From Tubiluchus corallicola (taxonomy: Eukaryota > Animalia > Priapulida), in NCBI GenBank assembly GCA_030141605.1, contig JAQGDQ010000074.1, positions 620,001-684,000 on the forward strand: a DNA stretch of 64,000 bases. Direction: 5' to 3'. Shown here in pieces: positions 1 through 13,699 of the stretch (the first letter of the stretch is position 1; each line of letters begins with the position of its first letter). The position numbers were made by a program, and so were the translations under genes. The notes under the pieces were generated by a model that ran no database searches, was not told where the DNA came from, and saw nothing but the letters and a program-made list of their open reading frames with translations.

Positions 1-1266
1 TGTAATTAGTGCAAGAAGTGTAATCCTTCACACAAATGGTTTAGCTGTTTTCTTAGTCTCTTTAATAAGCTGTGATTTTGGTACATATATTGTTTAGTGC
101 TGATGGTTTAAATTTAATTACTTTTAAATATCTTTTGTTATCATGTGCAATAACAGTACTAATACGATGTATTAATTTCTTGGAGCGTAGCGTATATAAT
201 ACGTACTTCATTCTGTCGTTAGCCTTGACGTTTACAGTCTATTGTTATTGTTGTTTAATGTACAGTAGACTAGCCGTCGCGGCGTCATTATACTTTATTG
301 AAGTGGATATCGCTGGGACAGTGGTCAGAATATACTGTTACTCGTTCTGTAGAAAGGTTATTTTTAGAACGTTCGCCTGATAACGGCGTCTGTTGTCAAT
401 AGTACAGTAGGTCACACAATAACATGTTGAGCAAATTAAATGTACAGTTGAATACAGCTGCAGTCTGCAAAGTTTTCGACAGCGGCGTTCTAGTTTTTCC
501 TTCTATAAAGCAAACTTTGCATGGTGGCCTTTAGTTTTTGTTATACAACTTATACTTAATTGTAAAGATCAGTAACGTTGTCACAGGCCCGGTCGCATTG
601 GCTGCAGCGCCGTCTTAACGCGTGGCCATGAGCATAGGTACCCTTGCTAACCTACGCATGGTGTGACTTGCTGTCTAAATGAAATACTGTACTGCACTAA
701 ACTATAAATATTTGTTATTGTGCTACAAGTGGATTTTGGCATTCGCCTCTGATCTGGTAGTACGATCGCCTCTGCAACCTCACGTGCATGTATGTGTACG
801 GATCTCGCGCTGCAGTACGTAAAAGTCATGATGTTGACGTGTGATTGAATGTGTGATGAATGTCACATGATATCGGTTATTTTTATATGCCATTGGTTAT
901 TGGAGATTCAATCTGAGATTGTGACTTTATGTATATATTTAATTCCAGTATGAGTTTTATTTTGCCCAATACTAACACTATAGAGTGCCACGTCTTGCAT
1001 GAGACTGAAAGCTGCTACCTATTTTTTACTTTATAGTTATTATTAAAAATTATTTGCTGAGCAAAAGCTGATGTTTGCGTTGGAAAATTCAAATCAAGTT
1101 TCTAGTCAACAATTTTTGCAACTACTTTTTTTATAAATTAGCATTTTAATTTTACAAATTGTCAGAATAAGTGTGTGGCAATGTGCAACAAATGTTGTGA
1201 AATTAGTGATGTGTGTCACTTATGTTTCTATAAGAATTTTAATTGGTCTCACATTTACACTTGCAG

Positions 1267-1491
1267 ATATATGGCACAATTGAACATCAACTGGATTAAT
1301 CATCAGATGGAAAGTTGCCTACCATGTTCATCTGATGACATCCTAAGAAGTACATCAGAGCAGAATATGCCTGCCGGTCAAGCCAAAAAACAGAATCATC
1401 TAGTCACTGAGAGTAATCGTCAGGGAGTAGAATCCCAAGTTACGGGACAGAGTAGTTGACTGCCAAGCTGTCTTTTTTAGATCATAAAGTT
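1267..1491 (+). other. Putative 5' leader exon of the SLC25/UCP-like gene carrying a 62-aa uORF (1271-1459); could alternatively be the last exon of an upstream gene
   Basis: ttgcag acceptor ending 1266, ATG 1271 to TGA 1459 (MAQLNINWINHQMESC...GQSS), gtaagt donor at 1492; CpG-richer promoter-like sequence at about 260-830. Confidence 0.45.
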
Positions 1492-1879
1492 GTAAGTTCA
1501 GGGTTCTTATATAAATATTTAAAGGAGAAGAAAAAAGTATTTTAAAGTATATGTCCCAAAGAAACTTTCCGTACAAAGTTGTATTACTTGGCATTATGCT
1601 TAGTTATTTTAAAAACGTCTGTAGTTGGAAAAGAAAAATATTAATAATTTAAAATGTTCGCGCCATCTGATAAAATGTCACCGCATCACCACTGCAGTGT
1701 GCACCACGGATTCATGAAAAAACACGTTTTTTATCTTGCTGACAATATGAAATAATTTATATTTTTGTTTTGTTTGCAAAGTGTGTAGTATGAATTTTCT
1801 AATTTTTTTCAAACTTTATGCAATGTTAACCGAACATGCTTAAATTTATTGCTCAATGATTGACTGTTAAAATGTCTGT

Positions 1880-1953
1880 GCCTAACTGCCAATGCAGGAG
1901 TTTAAATTTACAACTTGCCTAACTGCCAGTGCAGGAGTTTAAATTTACAACTT
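1880..1953. repeat. 37-bp direct tandem duplication
   Basis: gcctaactgcca(a/g)tgcaggagtttaaatttacaactt occurs twice head to tail, one mismatch. Confidence 0.9.
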
Positions 1954-3022
1954 TTTATGCAGTGTTACTGCTAATGTAAGCTCATGCATGCAATAAGACA
2001 GCATGCAGAATTTCAAAATGAATTTTTTAAGCTTTATTTATGAGCAGTGTTTTCTTGTCCTTTTAAAAGAGTTCTACTGATTTGTTTTTTAATTAATGAA
2101 CAATTTTTGACTTTGTTTTCAAACTATGAAATACATTAACTGAATTTGCTATTAATGTGTGAAGCACATTTACGTATTAAAATCCTTTTAACACAAAGTA
2201 AGAACAGTTAAAATTAACTCTTTAAATCTAAAATTGTGTAATCTTTGCCTAATACATCTATTATTGTTCTCATTATTTGTATGCACATTTTTCAGTTTAA
2301 TGCTGCAAAAACAAAACTGAATTTAAAATTTATAGTATTGATTAATTTTAGTATTCTTGAAGCATTCATATCTGTTGATTTTGAAGAATGTAGTGTATAT
2401 TCTACAATTCTAAAATGTTATGAGAGCTAAGTGTAATTTGTGCTCTTTATTAAAAGGTGTTTAAATTTTAAACTGGTATTTCATATATTTAATTGCAAAT
2501 ATGATTATCTAGTTTAAGTTATTTAAATTTCGTGCATATTGAAAATGGGATCCAGAATCCTGAAATTCCATTTGTTGTAATAAACCAGCTTATAATTAAA
2601 CTGAAAAATAACTACATTACACTTCCGTTTCAAAATTGTAAGCTGTTAACGTAGCATATGCAAACTATAAAACAAATAAGGTGTATTATCAAAGGTCAGG
2701 TAAGGTGTATTATTAGAATACCTAGTAAATGACCTACCATATTACAGTCATATGTAATACGAAGTTACAAAAAAAGTTCACGTTTAACAGTGTTGGGCTA
2801 AAGGCTAAGAGGTGTTATTGCCCAAATTATGTAGAGACCCATTCTGCAACCTACAGAGTGCTATTTATTTATTTTCAGGTTGAGTAGCACTCCCTGTAAA
2901 TTCTGCAACTTTGTTGCTTCATATGATCATTTTTACACCATCTTCATCAGCAAAGATTACGACGCGAACAATTTTTTACCCAACTTCAGAATATCTGTTA
3001 AAAGTGAATCAGTACAATCAAC

Positions 3023-6000
3023 ATGAAGGGCAATGGTTCCGTTCCAGAATGCATTTCACCAAGGATTTGTTCCAGGCTTGTTTATAACCCTGTTTCGAAC
3101 TTAATTAACTTGTCCAGGGAGCTGAGAGTACCGGTAAGTTTTAACACTATGTGTTTTGTTGGCGGAAATTGTACTGCCGCTGGATGTCATTGCCGGTGCT
3201 TTTATTTGAAGTCAAACACAAAGGAGCTTGTCCATGATTTAATTGTAATTGAGCTTTACCTAGAGTGTTTCCAGAAAATCCTTTTTCAATAAATTATTAT
3301 CTTACTAATTATTTCACTTTTTCTGCAATTGGTAAACAACCAAAACTTTTGTGTCACTTACCGTATGTATTATCTGTATGTATTATTGAAACCAAATGTA
3401 GTAACTTCTAACTCTAATGTTCCATTTGCAGTCTTATAACAATCAAATAAACATTACTGTTGTACGCACTGCTATCTGATAATTATGAGCATGCCATTGT
3501 TCTGACACTACATCTATAGTGTACATCTACTTACTCGTGTACTGTTTTCTTTTAAACAAGTGCAGGAGAATAGGTTTGAGTATTGGGGCCAGCTTTAGTT
3601 TTACAATATGTTACAAGTGAACTTTTGAGAATATTTTACAAGTTTGTTATAAATAACAAAAAGTATTTAAGGTCAACTTAAATAGTAACAGACATTCCAC
3701 TGTCTCTTTAACAGGTATGCGGAAGAATTGTAGATGATTGAGAAAGACGCACTGCCTTCTTGGATACAAATACACGAAAGACGAAGTAGCAAACCAGCAT
3801 TGGTGTTACCAGCATTACGTCTTGTGCAGTCAAGTTATTTGCGACAATAATTTTTTTCAGCTCAAAGAGGCAAAAAGATGTTTGTGGTTAGTTACCACTG
3901 CTTTTCGTGTGAACGTGGTGTGGCATACAATTAAATGACATTTTTGTTGTTCCAGAGACTTAATGCATCATTTCAGGTTAACTCAGCATGGCCTTATCTT
4001 GGTGGGCCAGACAGGAATTGGATTTGGGGGGAAGAGCTTGTATAAGCTCAGTGTGCATTTGTTTCTTTCAATAGGTTTACATAGGAGGTGTGCTGGATGC
4101 TAGCAGGAATGTCATTCCATTTTGTAAGCTAGTGACAAGAGTGGCATGTCTAGACAACCAGACAGTCTTGAGTAGACAACATGTACTACAGCTAAAGTCA
4201 ATGCCCAGTTCTTCAGGTTTCCTTGAAAGAGAGGTTTTTGCCAATCTAACAGCTACAAGGAAGTTCCACACTTTATCAATGGGTAAGTATTATAGTGTAT
4301 ATGGTATTTTTAATTTAAATCTGCAAATTGCACCTTTAACTTGAAAATGCCAAAGAGTTTTACAAGATATTAAAACATTTGCTATACCTTTTATTCTTAA
4401 GATGTCATTCTCGCCGAGTCTATGTGAGGTCAGTTTAATAATAAATTAATATGTTTATTCAGTTTTATTACAAAACGTGTCCAAAGTTCTGTGTAATCTT
4501 CGTATTAGTGTTTTTAATAACATCAGTAGGGGCTGGCTATTCGGGTGCAGCCATTTAGGCATGAGACCCTTGGCGGTAGCTTACTTGAGGGCAAGACATT
4601 TGAACACTAGCACTGCTCAGTCACGCAAGAATACGTTATTTCTGTGTTGCACTGCAAATCATACTGCTTAGTAGGTCAAACTTCTCTAGGCATCCTCGCA
4701 AAATTTTGTTGTGAATTGATTTTTTTGGGACACATTTCTGTTATTTACTGTTTTTGTGGTACAGATATTTACGAAGCAAAATGTTGTTATATTTTAATAA
4801 ACTGCTCTTGCATCTAAACTGTTTTCAATCTTCTGCTCGACTCATTTAAAAACTTGAAAGTGTAGAGTCAGATAACTGGTTTTAATTAATGGTTATATCA
4901 ATTACTGTGTGTACTGTGTATGTTTAATTTAGTGAAGCAATGATTCTTAAAAAGTACTGTGAAAGTTAGGAAAATAGAGATTCATTAAAAAATTAATAAA
5001 AATAAAAACATAAGTATACCATTAATTATTGGTACCCAAATATTTTGTGCCCAATTGTCCCCATGCCAAAATGTCCCGTGTCCAAGTGGCTTTGCCCAAA
5101 TATCTTAAGGCCACTCCAAGATACTGACGTGGGTACTTGACCTGTGGTCACAGACAGTTGGGTGCCAATAAAACAATATTGTAGCTAATTTTTTATTTTT
5201 GTTTATTAATTTTTTTTAGAATCAATATTTCCCAAACTCTCACAGTATTTTTTAACAATAATTGCTTCCCTTAATTAAATGTATGCAGTAATGTATAATG
5301 TGTGGCTTTTAATGTATGATATAATGTTACTTAAAAACGAGTCAAATTGACTGCACCTTCTGGCTTTCTGTTTTCAGTACTAAGTGAGGTTTTTAAGGTA
5401 AATAAAAGAGGACAAAAGACAGTTTAAATTAACATTTTATTAAAGTATGACAAAAAATCGATTCTCATAAAAATTTAATGTCAGTACAACTAGTGAAACA
5501 TTTTCAGCTAGTATTATATCTTAATATACCATTATTACCATATTCATTGAGCATTGGGTGTGCGTCAGAAGAAATCGACGTAGAATGCGTTGTTTAGTTG
5601 TTTATACTACACTAAAATTAACAATAATTATTCTAAACATTTTGATATTGTTCATTCAGAATATGCGCTCAGCAGCAGAGTTTTTACACGCACTGCATAA
5701 GGTTTTCAGTTTTAATTAAATGTGTACTCATGAAAACAATTATTTCTTTTCTTATAAAAATTTTAGATTTTTTAAGACTAAAAGTTACAATGTTACGTGC
5801 AATAAAGCAATAGACGAGGATTCCCATTTGACCTACTAAGCACCGTGATTTGTAACTCAAGACAGAAGTCTCTTACTCTTGAGTGATTGAGTCACGACAT
5901 AGCACCAAATGTACTTTGGCGCTAGTGCTCAGAAGTCTCATGCCCAAGTAAGCCGGCACGCAAGTGGCCCGTCCTTTCTGGAATTGCGTATTGCTGTTAT

Positions 6001-7434
6001 TAGTTTTGTGGTTTTGGGTTATTAAAGTTGCATATATTTTAATACATAGCGAGAAAGCCAATCCTAGACTGCAAAACACCGATGTCAGCAAAACCACAAT
6101 TAACAGCTCATTTTTCTGCTGCTGCTACTGCTTATACATCAAATCTGTTTAAAGGTATGATCAGAATTGTTCCTGATTTATGTACTTTACGTCCCTGAAT
6201 TGCATTGGCGTCAGATGAGAAATCATACCCAAGCTGACAGAAGCATGCGACAAACATGTAAAAACATTTTGGTTGTTACCTTGCAACAATATAAAAATGG
6301 AGCCGACAAAATACTTTTCGAAAAAAGTCTGCTGGAACACATCAAATTGTTAAGTGACAAAGGGATTCACAATAAATAACAAAGATGTATGTTATCTGCG
6401 ACAGTCACATACTACTCTGAAATAATCAAGATTTTACCTAAAATATGTACATCTGATTATCTGATTTCTATCTCTTGCTATCTGATTATTAATGTTTAAA
6501 GTGATCTATCTGAATAAGACAATAAAATTCTATAGTATAGCTTGTTGAAAGTTGAGTTATTTTATGCCCCTTTTTAGGAGCTATTCCGGATTTTAGCAAA
6601 AACCTTTGCATGCTTGCTGCTGTGCTGATTGGCTACAACGTAACAAGAGACCAGCTTGTAAATGATAGAGATGACAGCGGCGTGGGACAAGTGGTCACTG
6701 CAGGGATTGGATTGATATTTACGGCATTAACTGCTCCTGTAACAATACAGCGTACAGCTTTCCTGATCAATCAAGGGTACAGGAAAATTATAAAATGGTA
6801 CAACTTTTTCGTTGCTAAAACTGATGTGCCTTACCTCCTTTTTCGTAATGTTTTTCCACTTGAACTTTTTTTAATACGTGAAATTTTCTGGCAATAAAAT
6901 CATGACTTCTAATAAATGTGTGTCCCGGTCATAGCAATACGTAGAACACTGCTTATATCCATACAGTAAAATACACAGATCTGCATCTGTTTACCCTTAC
7001 TAGCAAACATGCAACACAAACAGTTTATAGGAGCTTAATTTTTATACTGTGCGATGACTGGGCGGCATACTTTTTTTTCTGTTGCAAGCACTAATGACTT
7101 AAGCAATTAAAATTTTTGAGGAGGTAAGCTGAGCAAAATCCACATTGTGTAGTAAGTTGACTAATGGTCTGCTTAACGAATTAATTGTACAAATCAATTT
7201 TGGTGTTGTTTTATCTTCTTTAGAGTTGCTCATATTCCTATTGTTTATTCTTTTTCCAGCGGATTGCCTGCTTTTGGGAGCCTCGCTGCAGTAAACATAA
7301 CAGCATTCATGATGTTTGAAGAGTTAAAGTGCAAGTTATCAAGGTCTGGACCACGCAAGTTATGCATTCGCCCAAGATGTTCTAGATTTGAGGAGAAAAG
7401 ATTTGTCATGATCACCCAGTCACAGTCTCTGTAA
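3023..7434 (+). CDS. Divergent mitochondrial carrier (SLC25, uncoupling-protein-like), about 230 aa; coding exons 3023-3133, 4075-4282, 6578-6776, 7260-7434
   Basis: Four exons with GT-AG boundaries join in frame (phases 0,1,2; 693 nt). ...HTLSMG/AIPDFSKNLCMLAAVLIGYNVTRDQL...TALTAPVTIQRT...G/GLPAFGSLAAVNITAFMMFEELKCKL parallels recalled UCP2 [31 protein letters not shown]...SPVDVVKT...[27 protein letters not shown]. The first coding exon is the least certain. Confidence 0.7.
4525..5972. mobile_element. Two diverged copies of one MITE-like repeat in tail-to-tail orientation (about 4525-5105 and 5125-5972)
   Basis: 4930-5010 is an imperfect reverse complement of 5190-5275, and 4570-4620 of 5915-5970; short GC-rich subterminal repeats at the ends of both copies. 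Confidence 0.55.
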
Positions 7435-9104
7435 TCAGCAACATCTGTGTTTTAGTGTGGAAGAAATATATTTGCCTGTTTTATTCTCTGATGTGTTGTG
7501 TACTACTTGTACCGGACCGCTATGAAAATTTTACAATTAGACATCAGCAAATGGCAGTTATTAATTTAAGCTTTATTTGTCCAGGAAATCCTAAGCTTTG
7601 ATCATGAAATGTTTTATTAAGCAGAGATGCTTGATGTTTCACAAGATGCACACTGTAGTTGTCTCAACTTTGTGGCCTTGCAGGCAGTAGTTTAAGTCTT
7701 TAAGATAATCAGAAGACAGTCATTTTATTATTTTTAGCTTTGTTTGTTTATTTTTTATCATAACATTACAGCTATATGCATTTCATTAACTGCTTCTGCA
7801 TATCAATTTTCCCTCTTGATATGCTTAATGTTTACTTGTATGTGACCTTCCTGAAACTGTTTTTTTTTTATTTGAATGCTGTATTAAAAATTGAAAGCCT
7901 GTCATTTGCCACATGTTGCTTCCAACTATATTGGACTATAAGGAGGATAATCAGTTAAAAGAGTTGTCTTTGTAATGATGTGAAATGTTTGTCTGTACTT
8001 TTACATCTACATTAGATGCATGTATTGAATAATTATTGTAAGAATTGCAATTTTAATGACTGTAACCTCATAAAAGTATTTGTAAGTTTTTATTGTGTAA
8101 AATGAGAATGGGATTGCAGTTATGCTCAGTACCTTTTTGTGTTTGTACTTATTTTAGCATGAAATTAAAATGCTTGCTTTCTCAATGTTTAGGATCAAGC
8201 AAAATAAAAAATGCTAATTAACTGATTGTTAAATCCTTAACCTTGTAATACTGTTTTGGCAGAGACTTTATGCAAGGAAGTTTCAATTTGGAAGGGCATT
8301 GTTGCAAATGCATAACATTTTGAAATCTTTATCTTTGTTGGAATCTTATCACTAAATAATTTTAACGTGTGTTGTAGTTGAATTTTGATCAAAAACTTTC
8401 TGTTCTGGGTATTAATTAGTGTATTTTATTTTTTTCAACTTTCAGCATTTGAATCTGTGCCATCCTTTAAAACAGTTCATCCTATTTGTAACGTTGTTTG
8501 TATAGTGGCTGGTAAAATGTGATTACATCGAAGTTTTTGCTCTAATTGTTATTAAGAGCTGGCTGTTTTATTGATTACATATTGGTTGCAAACAATTTTT
8601 ATTAAGCCTGAATTTAGATTGTAGCAATAGAATTTTCAGCACGGTTTATTAGAACGTTGTCGATATAACTTCGTTTTGTTTTATGATAAGCAGCCTTTGA
8701 ATCATTTCAGTGTGAACTATTTTGCTCTGATTATTAAAATGCTTGTTGTATGTTTCCTATCAGTTTTTTGTGAAATTTTTCGAAGAAATTCCTAGGAACT
8801 TGTTTGCAATTGATAGATTCATTAAGTCTGCAATTGATAAATTTAGTTATTAATTTTACTTCATTTGAAATTATTTTGCATTGTATTTCTGGAGTAAACT
8901 GATCTAGCAGGTGTGCCAATATACCTTAATATGCATATGAAATGTAATGACAAATATATCTTAATAAGCACGATCATCATTTGTGAATTAGCAAATATTT
9001 AATGGTATCTGAAGACACTGATGATGAGATATAGTGACTTACAAAATATGATTTCGCTGTTGCCAGTAATATTAAAGACAGTATTAAAAATCTACAATAC
9101 GTCT

Positions 9105-9790
9105 AATTGAGATAAATGCATGTAAGTGAAAATTAGAATGTCCATCTCCATTGGAACTCGAACCTAAGACTTTCTGCCTTCTGGACAGGTATGCTAACCA
9201 CTACATAACAGAGGTATTTTAACTTATAACTGTCAATGGATAATTGTGCACCACACTGTGTCAAATTGTGTACTAGTACAAAATCAATTGGATAAATGCA
9301 CTAAAGCGATACTAAATTAGAAAAATTGAAATATTTTGCATTTCATTGGGATTCAAACCCCAAAACTTTCTGCTGGCTGGGCTGCTATGCAAACTATGCA
9401 CTGCAGAGGCAGTCACACTTTTCAGGCTAAGAAAGATACATTATAAGCACTAGAGATTGATCAATGGTGAGTCACAGTCGACATTGTATCAATGATTAAG
9501 ATAGCATGAACTCAGGTACTAAATTTGAGTGAGTGGGAAATTTTACACCTCTTCTTTAACTCGAACCCAAGACCTGCTTTCCAGTCAGGGTATACTAATT
9601 TTTTTTCAGCCACATTCTGACTTTTCACTAAGTTTCGAGTGAAACAGTCCAAACTATTAACAAGATATAGTTCAAAATTGATCAGATAAGGCACAAAAGC
9701 AAAACTAAATGAGAAAGTCTGAAAATATTTGCATCTCCACTGGGTCTTGCTCCCAAAATCTGCACAGTTTTTGAACAAATTATTAGTGTT
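9105..9790 (-). repeat. Four degenerate tandem units (about 190-200 bp) each containing a tRNA-like/SINE-head segment
   Basis: B-box-like motifs on the minus strand (plus: ggaactcgaacc about 9153, gggattcaaacc about 9348, aactcgaacc about 9558, decayed copy about 9740), each preceded by a similar aattga..taaatgca..aaattag..catctcca segment; A-box-like TGTAGTGGTTAG in unit 1. Confidence 0.6.
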
Positions 9791-10009
9791 TTTATTGCAA
9801 AACAAAATCAAATAGTATACATTGTCTTTGTGTGTTGTGTGACGGCTTTTTATTAGTGATTCGAACTTTAAAACAGGATTCCACTCGGATTCGAAAATGC
9901 TGAAATTCGATGTTATTCGTGTTCGAAATTCACAAATTCATTTCGAATTAGCTTTCCGGTAGAGAAGGCTCACCACTGTTTCCTGCTGTAAGGCAAAAAA
10001 ATTATTATT

Positions 10010-10490
10010 AAATTTGCAGACGACCCTCTGATATTGTTTCAAACAATGATGAGTCTGACTATGAAAACGTCCTCGGCAATGCTATTGAGTGATGCACTAG
10101 AAATTTCCTGGAATTAAATGCATCTAAAACTAGGGAAATTATCTTAGACTTCCGCCAAAATAAATCTAGGGTTTTGCCTGTTGACATCAATGATATTGAG
10201 GTAGAAATAATTGATGATTACAAGTAGCCCTACCTTGGATGCTTTATAGATCAGAAATTAACATTCTCTTCACACGTCTCTCATAACTCACTCGTGTTAT
10301 CAGCAAGGCTAATAAGAAAATGTACTTTGTTCGAAAAATGTAAAATCTTAATGTTGATAACTTACTAATTACGTTTTATAAAACAACCTTCTCTTCTGTT
10401 CTGAACTATTGTAATGTAGCGTTTTTTTCATATGCTTGCTAACTACCGAAAAATTGTTTTGGAAAGTCCAAGAAGAGAATGTATAAGGTT
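10010..10490 (+). mobile_element. Decayed non-LTR retrotransposon RT C-terminal fragment (L2/Rex-Babar-like)
   Basis: Interrupted translation KFADD...LNASKTREIILDFR...INDIEVEIIDDYK..YLGCFIDQKLTFS with stops and frameshifts. Confidence 0.75.
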
Positions 10491-11517
10491 CGTTGGTAAG
10501 AATAATGAATGCCTGATTAAAAGTCTTTGATTAAAGGACAAGAAAAGAGGTACCTGAAATAGGTTTCAGAAAAATCACCCTAAACTTATATTACTTTACA
10601 TCAATTTTATATATATGTCGTATTTGCTTTAAATGGATGTTTTGTTTATTTTCATTTTAAATCTCCCGCAATATGATATCACCTACCCAAACGTAAATCA
10701 GGGGAACAAAAGGCAATATTAAATGATCTCCCAAAAACTTTTCATGCAAATCTAGCTTACTTAGTATTTCGCTTACCTGCTGCAAAGACTTATGTAACCA
10801 GAAATAATAATTTAAAATATTCGTGCCAATTGGTAAAAATTTTATATGGAATGCTCACTTTCCAGGGTGTGCCACTCACTAACAAAAAACGTATTAATCT
10901 TATTTACAAGATACAGTGATTTAAAATTTCACGTAGTTAGTAACATGTGTGCACGTATGCTCTGATTATTTTTTCGAACTTCACGCAATGTTATCTAAAC
11001 TTGTTTTAAATGACCTACCATTAAAATGGCTGCGCCTAATTTTCGTCACCGGAGTTTAAATTACATGTTTTATACAGCATTGCTGCCGACGCAAGCCCTG
11101 CATGCAAAAAGGCATGTGTAAGTGGTATAAAATTTGGAAACGATTTTTTTAAGCTTATGTAAGTGGAGAGTTTTTTCTTGTGCTTTAATACGCAAAGAGT
11201 AACTATATAATATTTACTCTACCAAAATCATTTGCCTTTTGTTTCTTTCTTTATAATATATATTTTGTGCCTTTTTACTATGTTCTGCAGGGAAAAATTT
11301 TTTGCATGAAATTTCGTTTGCAAATAAAGCCCCACTGATTTAAGTAATTATAAATTTGAAATTTTAACTTTGTTTTGCATGTAATTTTGTTAAAATATAG
11401 ACTAAATTGATTTAGAAAATTATAAATAAAAGTTGATCAATGTCTCTAGTCAGATAACTTTATTGCATGTATATTATAATGAGATATTAAAATTGCAAGA
11501 AGTATTTTGATTTTCTA

Positions 11518-11803
11518 GCATGAAATTTTGGCATTTATAATAATTAAGTTGCTTGGCTCTTTTTGTTTTTCATTGCTTGCTTATATTATTGCAAATGTGT
11601 TTTCCTTTGCTTTTCTTTGTTCATGTTATTTTGATATGTTATGATTTTGTTTTGTTTTTTGCATGAAATTTTGACATTCTAATTAATTCCGTTGCTTGGT
11701 TGTTTTTATTTTTATTGCTTGCATTTATTATTGTAATTACGTTTTTATTTGCTTTTTATGTTGATACTATTTTGATTTGCTATGATTTTGTTTTGCTTGA
11801 AAT
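11518..11803. repeat. Diverged 143-bp tandem duplication (T-rich)
   Basis: gcatgaaattttg..gttgcttgg..attgcttgc..tatgattttgttttg begins at 11518 and again at 11661. Confidence 0.8.
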
Positions 11804-13699
11804 TTGTCTTAGTTAAGTCTTGTTAAGTATGCAGCTGTTATGATTTTTCACTTTTAAATGTTCCTTATAAATTAGCATAGTAGCATTAGTCACCATAACA
11901 TGGGATGACAGCAGTGATAGCTCTATGGTCACAGTTTAAACAATAGTATTACATAATTGTTACTATTGTTTAAAGTGTGGTATGGTCTCTCTGTCATTCC
12001 GTCTCACAAGTTATATTTGGAAGTTGTTGTTAGTTGAACTAGTTAAAATTATCTAAAGAGACAATAAACTATTCTATTCAATTCTATACTGATTCTGATT
12101 GTACTGTTCTGTGTAATGATACGGTACTGAATTAGTAAATTATGGCAGACAACTTGGATCCTGTACATGAAGAATTTAAGTTTCTCCCACACAAAGTAAG
12201 ACTAAATGTGTGCTTTTCAAGAACAAGTTGCTTTAAATTTTGATTTGTTCCCACAATCCCACTTCAATCAAAGCATTCAGTAGTGCTAAACTCTAAACAC
12301 TTTTCAATTATTTTTTGTTTTTTAAGTTTTATTTCAATGGTGCCATTTAGATTTATATGTACAGTTGAATTTATTTTTTTATTTGCGAATTTGTCTTTGT
12401 AGCGCTAATTCTTTTTACTAATTAGTGCAAAGCTGAAACAATAAATTTCATGTATCTCATATGAAACATAGTACAGCGTATGAATGACCATTGACTAATA
12501 AAGATGTTTATATCTATGTCTATGTCTAAAACTCACAAGAACATGTCGTAGTCGTAGCACAGCGTTTGAGACTGCATGGGGCACAAGGCTCAAGTTAAGT
12601 TTTTGATATAAAAAATTCCATTGGTGAAATAATTATATAATTGATAAAAGAATTTGCGTTTTCTTTGAATTTAGTGTGCAAGCAGTAAATTAAACGTTAT
12701 TGATAATTAAATCTGTAATTTTCTAGGTATCTGTGAAGAAAATGAAAATTTGTGCCCCTGCGTGAACCTAGGAAACCCCTTTCTTTACAAACTAAAATCT
12801 AGACCGCCATTTCAAAACCACGCCGTATTTTAAATTTTTTGGATCTTTTTTTAAATATTGCAGAAAAACAAAGTAAGTATCGCGGTAACTGTTAAATCTA
12901 ACACAAAAGTACATTTGCACAGTTGAGAAATGTACAAAAATTCCAACGTGGTGCCAAGTTTTTCTAAGTGAAACTGTTTCTTAGAATAAGCATTTTGGAA
13001 TTTTTGCCGGCACTCGTATTGTAACACGTGGTCGTGATATTCGGTATGCCTACTAGTCTAACAGGCACTGAGTCGTTTAAATATAGAAAAATTGTGCAAG
13101 GAATCAACCACAGACTTGTTTTAATTTCTTTGTTTACTGGTCGTTCAGCGTAAGTCCAAAACTTCTTTGTTTTTAATCCCTGTTACAACGTTTTGTAAAT
13201 CATCAGTCTTTTCAGGTTTAAAAATTTGTATCGATTTAAAATTTGTTTTTTGGCTATGTTTTTTTCATTATTCCTCGTTCCAATATTTAATTCAGGATGA
13301 GTTTTTATTGTTAGCACTCCACTTTGCAGTAGTACCAATGCAGATGAAGGTCATGCCATTATTAGAACGTTTGTTTCCATTGAACTAACATGGGGTTTAT
13401 AAATTGTATCCTGCTCCTATCAAGACATGTTCGCATGGCTGGTTTACTCATCATCGTGCCTTCAGTATAAATTTACCCTGAACAAGATGCTGTCCAAAAT
13501 GAATTATTGACACATATCAATATTACACAGTAGGTGGTTTCTCTCACACCTCTCCACTTGTATGGGCAAACGATGAAATCGCTTGCTGGGGTTCTTCAAA
13601 ATTTAATTTCACCAACTTCCTTCAAAATGCTTTTCTTATAAAGCAAACAGTCACTCACATATTTGGATGCTTTCAACAAATTTTCATTATAACAGGTTT

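Noticed and set aside
13020-13155. Possible non-coding first exon of Syncrip (CpG-richer, gtaagt donor at 13150)
   Set aside because: Plausible but supported only by one donor motif; not listed as a feature without transcript data.
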